Shown here: in pieces, positions 46,543 to 58,423 of the stretch
Layout: every line of letters starts with the position of its first letter
Position numbering within the stretch: position 1 is the first letter of the stretch
Source of the DNA: an uncultured Planctomycetota bacterium
GTDB taxonomy: Bacteria; Planctomycetota; Planctomycetia; Isosphaerales; Isosphaeraceae
Assembly: GCA_963845755.1 (NCBI GenBank)
Contig: CAWJTV010000025.1
Coordinates: 1-64,000, forward strand
DNA length: 64,000 nt
Direction: 5' to 3'
Notes under the pieces: model-generated
Database searches by the model: none
What the model was told of the DNA's origin: nothing
The model's input: the letters and a program-made list of their open reading frames with translations, nothing else
Program-made: the position numbers and the translations under genes

Positions 46543-46987
46543 AGACGCCGAACTAGAAGATATGTTTCCAGGGCTTCGGACCACCCCATATCACATCCAC
46601 AGAGAAGAAACAGGACTTTACAATTGCATCGCATGGGCTGCTGGCGATGATACGCGATGGTGGGAGCCTGACGAGGACGGTATCGAATACTGGCCGCCCG
46701 CAATACCACGTGAATACACGATAGACGCATACGTCGCTGCGTTCGAATCTCTTGGTTACGCAAAATGCGACGACGCAAGTCCTGAATATGGATTTGAGAA
46801 GGTTGCCGTCTACGCAAAGGACGACGAGCCGACACATGCATCACGCGAATTCGGCAATGGCATATGGACTAGCAAGCTTGGTCCTCTTCAAATGATCAGC
46901 CATACCTTTGACGCTCTCAATGGCGTCCGATACGGGTCACCGATTCAGATACTCAGGCGTCCCCTCGCATCGCCTGATATCGCCTAG
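46526..46987 (+). CDS. Hypothetical protein with a Cys/His papain-like signature (DUF7689-like)
   Basis: YNCIAWAAGD..WWEP..YWP..EKVAVY..PTHASR..WTSKLG; overlaps the upstream gene. Confidence 0.7.
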   Translation: MDTSGRDAELEDMFPGLRTTPYHIHREETGLYNCIAWAAGDDTRWWEPDEDGIEYWPPAIPREYTIDAYVAAFESLGYAKCDDASPEYGFEKVAVYAKDDEPTHASREFGNGIWTSKLGPLQMISHTFDALNGVRYGSPIQILRRPLASPDIA

Positions 46988-47416
46988 TCTTCCCAGGTAC
47001 TACAACTTGGCCATCACGCCTATTCTGACTTTATGTGCGCCGGCCTGCTACTTCTCGACGTATTAGGCATCGAGCGCCTCTTGGATTCCCCTCGTTTCGT
47101 CATCGCCGCCCCATCGATCGATTTTATAGGCAACCGCCCGAATTTGTGTTTATGGGCAGGTTTGTGTGCAAAGCCTCGCTGACAGTCTAGGCGTCTGGTA
47201 GAGCTTAAGGTTTTTGACGAATCTTCTGATTGGCGAGATTGTTCGTATTACCATGATTGCGGGGAAAAAATGATCTCGGCGGGCGGTCCCGCCGATCCTC
47301 CTGGGTATTAGAACGCGAGGGACGGCGGTCGAAGGTCCGTCTCTCGGAGGACGGCGCGTCCAGCGGCTCGTTGGCTGTCGCCCCGGGAAACCCCAAGGGA
47401 GAGGCGACGGAACGCC

Positions 47417-49521
47417 ATGCGATGGTCGAGGTTGCGCGATTCCCGTCCACGTCGCAGGTGGGACGGGGCTGTCGGCCTGTCGTATGACCAGCTCGAGCCG
47501 CGATTGCTGCTCAACGCGCGGGTCCCGCACGCCACGGCGGATGTCTCCTCGAACGTCGCCAGTGGTGCCGACATCGCTCCCGGCGTGCATGGCTACGACC
47601 CGACCAATCCCACCGATCCCTCCGCGCCGCCCTTGCCCGACCAGGTGCTCACGACCGGCGATGTGAAGGCGCTCTTGCAACGGGCCGCGGCGGCCACCGA
47701 CCTGAACGACGCCATCATCGCCGTCGTCGACCGCAACGGCACGATCCTGGGCGTCCGGATCGAGAGCGGTGTCTCGCCGCAGATCACCGACAATGTGACG
47801 AACAAGGTCTTCGCCATCGATGGCGCCGTCTCGCTGGCGCGCACAGGCGCCTCTTTCGGCAACGACGCGTCGCCCAATACCTCCCGCACCGTCCAGGGCA
47901 TCAGCCAGACCACGGTCACCCAGCGCGAGGTCGACTCCAACCCCGACGTCCCCGACCCCGGCGGCAACTCGACGATCTACGGTCCGGGCTACGTCGCGCC
48001 GGTGGGGATCAAGGGGCACTTCCCCCCGGGCATCCAGTTCACCCCGCAGGTTGACCTCTTCGACATCGAGAGCACGAACCGGGATAGCATCAGCAATCTC
48101 ACGGGCACGCGGTTCAACGTCCCCCCTCAGTACGTCCCGGCCGGCGCCAACCTCGTCGCGCCGGAGTCGTACGGGCAGGTCACGGGCCTCTTGCCCACGG
48201 CGCAGTCGCGAGGGGTCGCGACCCTGCCCGGCGGCATCCCGCTGTATAAGAAGCAACCGGATGGGACCTTCGCCGAGGTCGGCGGCATCGGCGTCTTCTT
48301 CCCCGGCACGACCGGCTACGCCACCGAGGAAAACTCGACCCTGAACACGCCCTTGTTGCGCGACAAGAAGAAGCCGGATTACTCGGACGTCGCCGAGTAC
48401 ATGGCCTTCGTGGCGGCGGGGGGCAGCTCGGCGGCCGGGGTGCCTTTCAATGGCCCGATCAACGGCGCGCGGCGCTGCCCAATTTCACCGAGCCTTTCGG
48501 CCGGATCGACCTGGTCGGCATCACGCTCAACATCTTCGGCCGCGGCGGCCTGGAGGGGATCAAGAACGTATTGAGCTACGGCGCGAAGTTCGGCGCGGGG
48601 AGTCCGGATGACGGCACGGACCAGCCGGTTGACGCCCAGGGGGATATCTACCTGCCCGGCCAGGGTGTGCCCTATGGCTGGCTGGTCACACCCCACGCCG
48701 GCGGCGACCTGACCGCGGCCGACGTCGAGGCGATCGTCGCCCGCGGGATCGCCGAGGCCGGCCAGGTCCGTGCCCAGATCCGACTGCCCTTGAACAGTAC
48801 CACCCGGATTGTCTTCGCCGTCAGCGACGAGAACGGCAACATCCTCGGCCTGTACCGTATGCCCGACGCCACGTATTTCGCGATCGGCGTGGCGGTCGCC
48901 AAGGCCCGCAACGTCGCCTACTACGACAATGCCAGCCTGCTCCAGCCGGCTGACAAGATCAAGGGGATCCCGGCCGGTACGGCGCTCACGGCCCGGACAT
49001 TTCGCTACCTCTCGCTGCCGTTCTTCCCCGAGGGCATCGACATCAACCCGCCCGGCCCGGGCTCGATCCTCAACGATGGCGGCGTGACCAAGTACGGCAC
49101 GACCAAGGGCGCGCCCCTGCCGGCCAAGGCCTTCCAGAGCCTCCAGGGCTACAACGACTTCAACCCCAACACCAACTTCCGCAACCCCGATAACAAGGCG
49201 AACCAGAACGGCGTGGTGTTCTTCCCCGGCAGCGCGCCGTTGTACAAGGACGTCACGGGCACCGGGGCATCCAAACAGATCGTCGGCGGCCTGGGGGTCA
49301 GCGGCGACGGCGTGTTCCAGGACGACGATGTGACGGCCGAGGCGGCGCTGGCGTACGCCCCGCCCAGTCGGAAGCGCGCCGATATGGTGAAGGTCCGCGG
49401 CATCCGCCTGCCGTTCTTCAAGTTCAACCGCAACCCGCACGTGCCGATTGGCGGTCCCAAGTATCACATAGGATCACCCCTGCCCCTGCCCTTGCCGGCG
49501 CCGCAAAAGAAGAAGGCGTGA
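47417..49521 (+). CDS. Exported protein with two GlcG/HbpS-like heme-binding domains; frameshift near 48470
   Basis: Leader DQLEPRLLL; IIAVVDRNGTIL..GGIPLYK..GGIGV; second copy FAVSDENGNIL..AVAKARN..GSAPLYK..GGLGVSG. Confidence 0.8.
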
Positions 49522-49537
49522 TCCTGGGAGGAAGCTG

Positions 49538-50010
49538 ATGCGAGCATCCGTGTTGCGATCGGTCCTGGCGGGCCTGGTCCTGGCCTCGGGCGTCACGGCG
49601 TGCGCCGAGGACCCGCCCCGGCGATTCCACCTCTTCGCCCGCTATCACCAGAAGAAGCAGGGGACGCCCCCTGCCGGCCAGCCGCGGTGCATCCCGCACA
49701 CCGACGACCGCGCGGGCGACCCGCGGGCGCTGCCGATCACCTGGAACCGAGCGTGACGCCTGGCGGCATCGGTTACGATGTCGGCGGTGGCGTCCCGATC
49801 TGCCATGGCGGTGGTGAGTGCCGGCGACGCGACGAGGGGACCTGGGGCTGGGATGAGACCGGCACCTCGCATTTCCGCCAGCGCGTGATCCTGGGCTGGT
49901 CACACGGGCGCAAATACCAGGGCGGCACGGGCGCGTATCGCGTTCGAACGGGCCGGTCGTCCCCGATCTCATCTATGCCGCCACGGGAACGTTCAACAGT
50001 CTGGGACGAC
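49538..50010 (+). CDS. Small secreted hypothetical protein, frameshifted
   Basis: GGAGGA RBS; signal-like MRASVLRSVLAGLVLASG; continues GYDVGGG..EGTWGWD..LGWSHGRKYQGGTGAY. Confidence 0.6.
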
Positions 50011-50195
50011 GCCAACGGGGCCCTGAGCAGGAATAGGGGTGCAGTCGCGTTGTTGTCGGTGCAGATCACCGGCGAAGGATACCAGAAATGCATCGACCTG
50101 GGCGTCCCCTCGGGAGCCTGGATCGTTGGTGGAAATCACACCGGGGCCGACGGCACCCCGGGCCGTTTCCTTCGCGGTTTGGAAGAGAGCGCGAG

Positions 50196-52065
50196 TCATT
50201 TCCCCGGGAGTCGAAAGGCGGGGTCGAAGGGGACCGGCTTCTCGATCATGCAACTGCTGGCACGTGCCAGGAGGGCACAGGTCGGGCCATCGTCAACGTG
50301 TCGATTAATCATCCGACCCAGTCGCTGGGCCGACTCCGGGAATTGGCCGGCCTCGAACTCGGCGAGTGCGGCCTCGTACTCCGTGGCCAGCTCCGACCAA
50401 TTCGGATGAGTTTGTGTGAACAATTCGTAAAGGTCGATGGGATCAGCGATGTTTTGCACGCGGACCAGACCGAGGCGACGCGCGCGGAATTCGGCTCCGA
50501 GCCGATCGCGTGTCTCCTTGGTCAAGAGGAGGCGGGCGTGGAAGTACTTGGCCGCGCCTTGGACCCGGCTGGCGACGTTCACGGTATCGCCCAGGGGCCC
50601 GTACTTGAACTCGCGCACCGAGCCCGTGTTGCCGACTCGCGCCAATCCCGTATTGATGCCGATGGTCAGATTCATGGGCTCGCGCAGCGTGTCTTGCCAC
50701 CGCGCATTCAAAGCGGGAAGACACTCGAGCATCTCCAGGGCCGCGCGACACGCACGCTCGGGATGGTCGGGCTGAGGCTGAGGTGCTCCCCACATCGCCA
50801 TGAGGGCGTCGCCGATGTAATCGATCAGTACCCCCTGGTGATTCAACCGCGCAATCGGACACGGTGGACAAGACGTCGCCGACCCATCGGACCGTCATGG
50901 CCGGACCCAGATCGCGACTGAGTCTGCTGAAGCCCTGGATGTCACAGAAGAGCGTGCTGATCTCGAGGTCCTCGCCGGCGAGCAGCTCGGGCTGTGCGAC
51001 CAGTTGCCGGGCCAGGTCGGGAGTGAAAAACTGTTCGAACTGGGTCAAGAGCCCCGGCGCTTTTCGTTCCTGCTCCACGCGGGCCAGCCCCGCGGCGACC
51101 CCTCCGGCCAGCAAATCCATCAGAACGGCATCGATTTCCGAGAGGATATGGTCCACCACCGTGGAAACCTTGAGCCGGCGCTCTCCATAGAGGGCCGCGA
51201 TCACTCCCCCGTGGCGATCCAGGATCGGGGAGGCCAGGGCCGCGTGAACACCCGCCAGGCTCGGTGCCATCAGGCCCCCACCCTTCGCGGCGATCCGGAG
51301 CGGGTCCAACCAAAAGGTGCGCTTCTCCTCGCAAGCCCGCTTCAAGACCAGGCGACTGGGAGGTTCGTCGTGCGATTGCGCGGTGGCCGCGACCGCGCAG
51401 GCCACGGTTTCCCAATCCTGGTCCTTGCGAACCAGGATTCGGCCGGTGTCCATGTGGCCCACGTCGACCACCGCCTGGGCGGCTTTCTGGAAGAAATCGG
51501 AATCGGTCGCGGCACTCTGGAAAACTCCCATCGTGGCCTTGACCCAACGAATCACATACTCGGCCTCGGACTGGATGGTATCGCTCCCATTGAGCGTGGG
51601 AGTGTCGATCCGCTTGTAGCTCGATGGCGAGGGAATCAGGGTCGGCTCTCTCAGGCACTCAAGCATCTCCGCCGGCTCTCCAGGCTGGACCGCTTGAACC
51701 TGAATCCTCCTCGCGCCAATATCGAGAGAGACGGGCAGCTCGAGCTGGCATTGTTGGCCCGGCATCACGACCTGAGACTCACCCAGGTCGTCGCCGGCCG
51801 TGAAGTTGGCCTTGATACTGAGATTGGTGAGCTCGATCCGCCTGTCCGCAACGGCCGCGATTCGGGCGTGTTGCCGCGACACGGTCTTCTCATCGTTCCC
51901 GGCGATCACCAGCCGCCATGCGCCCGTCTCCGATTTCGAGAGCTCGTAGAGATCCGCTTTCGTACCCGCGGCCATGGTGCGCCCCAGTTCCAGCGGGCCA
52001 CCGCATTCTTTCGTCGCGACCAGCCGCTCGTCCTCGTAGATCCGGATCAGCCATGGTTCAGCCAT
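50196..52065 (-). CDS. FHA-GAF class III adenylate/guanylate cyclase; frameshift near 50845
   Basis: LGR..VSRQHA (FHA); GAF-like ALASPIL..ALYGE; LFCDIQGFS, DYIGDALMAMWGAP, IGINTG, KYGPLGDTVNVASRVQ. Confidence 0.88.
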
Positions 52066-53577
52066 GATCAACGACCTTCAGTCGGGTGTGGATAATCCCA
52101 CCGGATCCCCGGAGGCACCCCGGCGACCCAGGTCTCGCGACCGCGGAATTCGCGTTGGCGTCCGGGACCGGACCTGAAACGGTCAGCGCAGCACTCTATC
52201 AGGACATGGAGATGCCGTACAGAAGGGACTCACCGAAGACTCCTCAAGGAACTTCCGAAGTTGAATTTCGAACAACGGAAGCCGGATCGTCTTTTCCGAC
52301 ACCCGCGCCCGCTCCGATCTCACCAGCCCAACCCTGGCGCGGTCGCGAACGGATGGCGCGGGAAGTTCGCGTCGGCCAACAGGTCGCGGATGTCGGCGCG
52401 GCTGCGGAGCGGATCGCCGTTTGTTGGGGTACACGTTGATCACCTCGCGAATGCTGTCCAACTCGGACAGCAGCCGTTGATGCCGCTTGGGGGAATGTCG
52501 ATCAATATGTCCCACGTGCCCGGCGCGGGTGGCTTCCTGCCAGAGGGCCTGGGACAATCCCCATTGGAAGACCTCGGCACAGATCGGCGCGGGCCCAGTG
52601 CCGTCGACAGCGGCGACGATATCCTCCAGCCTGCCCAGATATTTTTTGCCATCACACGTCGGCGGCGGTTGTCAACGCGCGGCAGTGGGAGTACATAGTA
52701 GTTGGTATGCCCCTTAACGTGCTTGGCTTCCAGGCGTTCTATGGTGACCTCCCTCATGGATGACGAGGGAGGAACGTTTAGGGCGTACGTATGAGGAATT
52801 CAAGCCTAAGAACGAATTAGGAAACTCGGGCTGGGTGGGATCCATCGATAGCGAGGCAACCTGCGGGAGTCCGGGGCGATGACCTGCCTCAAGTTTGACA
52901 CTCCCTTACCTTCAGCTATGCATGAGTTCCCCGCTTCGTTGAAGCCTGAAGTCGAGAAATGGCTTGAAAACGACCTTGCCGAAGCGAGCACTCGCCGGGA
53001 ATCGCTTTCAGAACACGACGTTAGAGCGCGTATCGGTTGGATTGCGCACGCCCCGGGACGACGCGAAGCCCCCGCTAAACTTCAGGCTGAAAATAAAATC
53101 GGAATTTTTAACTGCCGCTGGGGCTGAGAGTTGGGGCGGCTCTCGGCCGAAATCCCCGCTAGGTGCATTAACGGTTTTCCAAAGTTGCGGCATCCTGAGA
53201 GTATGGCCCACGTGCGATCACTCCCGAGACGGACTCCCGGCCCGCGCCTCCCGGTTCAGCCCGTCGTCGCAACCGGATTTCCGCAAAAGAGATCGGGGAG
53301 GGCGACATGGAAAAAAGATGTCCCATTGTGCCACTTGATGACACCCGCATCGGTCGGTGAGTCCCGAAGGGGACCTGCGGTCGGCCGGGTGGCCAGGTCC
53401 GCAGACCGTACCACAGCGCGGGCGCGGGCCACGCAACTATGAGGCGCTCTGGGCGACGTGTGAGGATGGAACTCGACTTTGAGCCGAGGAGCGCAAAATC
53501 CGCAACCGGAACCCGATTTCCTGGCGACATCGCTTGAGGGGTTCCGAGAGGATTCGTCGCAGGATCGGAGTCATGCC

Positions 53578-56500
53578 ATGTGCAGTCCCTCGCGTGTGGA
53601 ATCGATCTTCTTCACCGCGCTCGAGAAGAAATCGGTGGCGGAGCGGGCGGACTATCTGGACCAGGCCTGCGGCGACGACACCGCGCTGCGCCTCCGGATA
53701 GAACGGCTGCTGGACGTCCATCCACAAGCGAAGGATTTCCTGGCCCAGCCCGCCGTCGATCGCCATGAGGTCAACTCACACGAAGGGGACCCGCCCGGCG
53801 ATCTGGGTCCGACGGTTGAGGTGCCTGGCGAAGGGGACCCGCCCGGCGATCTGGGTCCGCGAGGTGCCTGGCCCGGTCTCGCCGCGGCCGGCCTTCCCGC
53901 GACCATCGGCCGCTACCGGATAATGCGGCTGCTGGGTCGAGGCGGTTTCGGGACGGTCTACCTGGCCCAGGACGACGCGCTCCGCCGGCCGGTCGCGATC
54001 AAGGTGCCCAACCCCGAGCGGGCCGCCGGCCCCGAGGACGTCGCGGTCTACCTGGCCGAGGCCCAGCTCCTCGCCCAGCTCGACCATCCCCACATCGTGC
54101 CCGTCTATGACGTGGGCCGGACCGAGGCCGGCCTGTGCTACGTGGTCTCCAAGTACATCGAGGGCACCAACCTGGCAGACCGGCTGGGTCAGGGCCGGAT
54201 GTCCTTTGGGGAGTCGGCCGAGCTGGTGGCGGCGGTCGCCGAGGCGCTGCACCACGCCCATACGCGGGACCTGGTCCACCGCGACATCAAGCCGGCCAAT
54301 ATCCTGCTCGACTCGGCGGACAAGCCGGTCGTAGCCGACTTCGGGCTGGCGCTCAGGGAGGAGGACTTTGGCAGGGAAGGCCGGCTGGCCGGGACTCCGG
54401 CCTACATGAGCCCCGAGCAGGCCCGGGGCGAGGGCCACCGGGTCGATGGCCGCTCGGATCTCTTCAGCCTGGGCGTGGTCTTCTATGAGCTGCTCGCGGG
54501 GCGTCGTCCCTTTCGGGGCGACTCGCATAGCGACGTCATGAATCAGGTCGCCACCGTCGAACCCCGTCCCCCCCGGCAGATCGACGACACGATCCCCCGG
54601 GAGCTGGAACGGATCTGCCAGAAGGCGCTGGCGAAGCGTGCGTCGGAGCGGTACAGCACGGCGCGGGACCTGGCCGAGGACCTGCGCCACTTTCTTCACA
54701 CCGAGGCGGCGGCCGGCCGACCCGCCTCCACCCCGGGCCCGGTCAACCCTCCGCCTGGCTCCGCCCAGGATCCGACCTCGAGCGTTGAACCGGTCAAGAT
54801 CATCCCCAAGGGACTGCGGTCGTTCGACCAGCACGATGCCCACTTCTTCCTGGAGTTGCTGCCCGGCCCGCGCGATCGCGATGGCCTGCCCGAGAGTCTC
54901 CGGTTCTGGAAGATCCGGATCGAGTTGAACCGACGCGGACTCCACCTTCCGGGTCGGTCTGATCTATGGTCCCTCGGGTTGCGGCAAGTCGTCGCTGGTG
55001 AAGGCGGGGTTGCTTCCCCGGCTGAGCAAGGAGGTGCTGGCGGTTTACATCGAGGCGACCGCGGCGGAGACCGAGGCCCGGCTGCTTCGAAGCGTGCGCA
55101 AGGCCTGTCCGGACCTGAGCCCTGGGGTGGGCCTGGTGGAGGCCCTGGCTGCGCTGCGGCGGGGGCAGACGCGCCGCCCGGGCCAGAAAGTGCTCCTGGT
55201 GCTGGACCAGTTCGAGCAGTGGCTCTTCGCCCGGCAGGGCCAGGAGAACACCGAGCTGGTCGCCGCCTTGCGGCAGTGCGACGGCGAGCACCTCCAGGCG
55301 ATCGTGCTGGTCCGGGATGATTTCTGGCTGGCCGCCAGCCGGTTCATGCGCGAGTTGGAGATCGACCTGGAACCGAACGCGAATATCGCCCTCGTCGATC
55401 TATTCGATCTTCAGCATGCCCACAAGGTCCTGATCGCCTTCGGCAGAGCCTACGGGAAATTGCCCGGCCGCCATCGGGACTGGACCCGGGAGCAGGAATC
55501 CTTCCTGAGCCAGGCCGTCGCGGGGCTGGCCCAGGGTGGCCGAGTGATCTCGGTACGGCTGGCGCTGTTCGCCGAGATGGTCAAGGGGAAGCCGTGGACC
55601 ACCGCGACGCTCCAGGAGGTCGGCGGTACGGAAGGAGTGGGCGTGACCTTCCTCGAGGAGACCTTCAGCTCCCCGCAGGCCAACCCCAAGCACCGCCTGC
55701 ACCAGAAGGCGGCCCAGGCCGTGCTGAAAGTGCTGTTGCCCCAGACGGGAACCGATATCAAGGGCCAGATGCACTCGGAGGCCGAGCTCGCGCGGCCTCG
55801 GGCTACGCCGGTCAGCCGCGCGATTTCGACGACCTGGTCCGCATTCTCGACCGCGACCTGCGCCTGATCACGCCGACCGACCCTTCGGACCCTCCGGGAA
55901 AGGATGAAGGCGGAAGGATGAAGGATGAACAAGACGTGCAGCGATCGACCGTCTCTGGTTCCGATTCATCCTTCATCCTTCATCCTTCATCCTTGAAGTA
56001 TTACCAGCTCACCCACGACTACCTCGTTCCCTCGCTCCGTGACTGGCTGACCAGCAAGCAGCGTGAGACCCGTCGCGGCCGGGCCGAGCTGCGGCTGGCG
56101 GAACGCGCCGCGCTCTGGAACCACAAGCCGGAGAACCGGCACCTGCCCTCGGTGCTGGAGTGGGCCAACATCGGGCTGCTGACTCGTCGCACGGATTGGA
56201 GCGAGTCGCAGCGCCGGATGATGCGGCGGGCCGCCCGGGTGCATGGCTTGCGGGGCCTGGGCCTGGCGATCCTGATCGCCCTGATGACCTGGGGCTCCCT
56301 CGAAGGGTATGGATCCCTGCAAGCGGCGCATCGGATCGACTCGCTGAGGACCGCCAATCTCCGGGATGTCCCGGCCCGGATCGAACAGCTCCGGACCTAC
56401 CGCCGGTGGGCCGGCCGTCCCCTGGCGGGATTGCTGTCGAGCACGGAGAATGACCGCGATCAGCATCTCCGAGCCAGCCTGGCCCGCCTCGCCTTGTGGC

Positions 56501-58399
56501 CCGGCGACCGAGGGCAGGCCGGCTATTTGTACGACCGCCTGCTGGAGTCTTCACCAGCCGAGCTCCCGGTGATCTGGGGCATCCTGCGGAAGCACGATCC
56601 GGCGATCGAGCAGCGGTTATGGCCGTTGCTGGACGATGCCAAAGCCGACAAGGAGCCACGCTTTCGCGCGGCCTGTGCCCTGGCCAACGCCGATTCCAAC
56701 CAGATCAAGAACCGCTGGGACAGCGTCTCTTCGTTCATCACCGACCAATTCCTCACAGCCGCGATCAAGAATCCCGGTGATTACGCGACGCTGATCGAGA
56801 CCCTGCGACCCGTCCGGAAGGCTCTGCTGACTCCCCTGGCGCGCGTCTTCGGGGACGCTGGCCGATCCGAGAGTGAACGGACCTTTTCCACCACCATCCT
56901 GATTGACTACGCCAGCGACAATCCCCGTCTGCTGGCCGACCTGCTCATGGACGCCGGTCCGAAGGCGTATGCCAGCCTCTTTCCGGTCGCCCAGCAGCGG
57001 GCGGCCGGGGTGCTGCCGGTGCTCCAGGCGGAGATCGCCAAGAGCTTGGCGAGCCTGAACGAAGAGGGATCGGAAGTGGCCAAGGACCGGCTGGCCCAGC
57101 GGCAGGCGCGGGCGGCCATCGCCCTGGTCCGGCTGGGTCATGCCGATGAGGTCTGGCCCCTCTTGCGGCACACGCGCCGATCCCCGGCTGCGGAGCTTCA
57201 TCGTCAACTGGCTCAGTCCCCTGGGTGCCGATCCCCAGATGATCGTTGCGACCGTTCTTCCCCCTCGCCCCGCGGAGCGGGGAGAGGGTGGCCGAAGGCC
57301 GGGTGAGGGGTCTGCTGAATCACCTCCCACCCAGCAGATGGATGCCATTCTCTTCCACCCCGAGACCTCAGTCCGCCGCGCCCTGATCCTGGCCCTGGGA
57401 ACCTACCGTGCCGATTCCTTCTCCCCCGGTGACCGCCAGCCCCTGATCCCCAAGCTGCTCGACCTCTATCGCAACGCCCCCGACGCCGGCATCCACGGCT
57501 CAGCCGAATGGGTCCTGCGCCAGTGGAAGCAAGACGACACGCTCGAGGCCGCCGATGCCGAGCTGAGCCAGCTCAAGGATCCGGGTGAGCGGCGCTGGTT
57601 CGTCAATCGCCGGCGACAGACCTTCGTCATCATCGAAGGCCCGGTCGAGTTCCGCATGGGCTCGCCCATGAATGAGCCGGATCGGCGTGACAACGAAACC
57701 CCACATCGCCGGGTCATCTCCCACCGCTTTGCCATCGCTACCAAGGAGGTGACCGTCGAGCAATATCAAGAGTTCGTCAAGGCGAACCCCGGGGTCGATC
57801 ATGCCCGCAACGACCGCCTCAGTCCCGCCCCGGACGGTCCCATGATTGAAGTGTCCTGGTATCATGCCGCAGCCTATTGCAACTGGCTGAGCCAGCAAGA
57901 AGGATTGCCCAAGGATCAGTGGTGCTACCTGCCCAACGACCGAGACGCCTATGACAAGGGGATGAAAATCCCCGCCGATTTTTTGCAGCGGAAGGGTTAC
58001 CGCTTGCCAACCGAGGTGGAATGGGAGTATTCGAGCCGCGCTGCGGCTATGACCAGCCGGCATTATGGCCTCTCGGTCGATCTGCTGGAGCAGTATGCCC
58101 GGTATCAGGCCAACAGCCACAACCATGCCTGGCCATGTGGAAGCCTGATGCCCAACGATCTGGGCTTATTCGACACACTTGGGAACGCGTATGAATGGTG
58201 TCAGGAGCGTTCCACGAGCTCTCAGCCAGGGAGGGCCGCATCACCCATAAGCGATATCGTCGATGATACCCCTCGTCTGCTTCGGGGCGCGGCGTTCAGC
58301 GTTGAACTGGCGAACGTCCGCTCGGCCATCCGTAACTGGATCGTGCCGACGTACCGGAACTACTGGATCGGTTTTCGCCTCGCCAGAACTAACAGGTGA
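53578..58399 (+). CDS. Ser/Thr kinase - P-loop ATPase - FGE/SUMF1-domain protein; frameshifts near 54925, 55790 and 57170
   Basis: LGRGGFG, HRDIKPAN, DFG, MSPEQ; GPSGCGKSS Walker A and LVLDQFEQ Walker B; FRMGSP, EVTVEQY, YRLPTEVEWEY, PNDLGLFDTLGN, IGFRLAR. Confidence 0.9.
53781..53872 (+). repeat. Tandem duplication in the kinase linker
   Basis: CGAAGGGGACCCGCCCGGCGATCTGGGTCCG at 53781 and 53829 (EGDPPGDLGP x2). Confidence 0.85.
55900..55994. repeat. Heptamer-repeat hairpin read in frame
   Basis: (AAGGATG)n ... (CATCCTT)4 inverted arrays, translated KDEGGRMKDE..SSFILHPSSL. Confidence 0.85.
57258..57310. repeat. Palindromic element read in frame (RPE/REP-like)
   Basis: CCCCTCGCCCCGCGGAGCGGGGAGAGGG hairpin plus GGCCGAAGGCCGGGTGAGGGG, translated PPRPAERGEGGRRPGEG. 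Confidence 0.8.
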
Positions 58400-58423
58400 A
58401 CATCTTTCTAAATAATCAAGTCT

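Noticed and set aside
52183..52757. Possible sensor-domain gene upstream of the cyclase
   Set aside because: Fragmentary frames with no motif I can support
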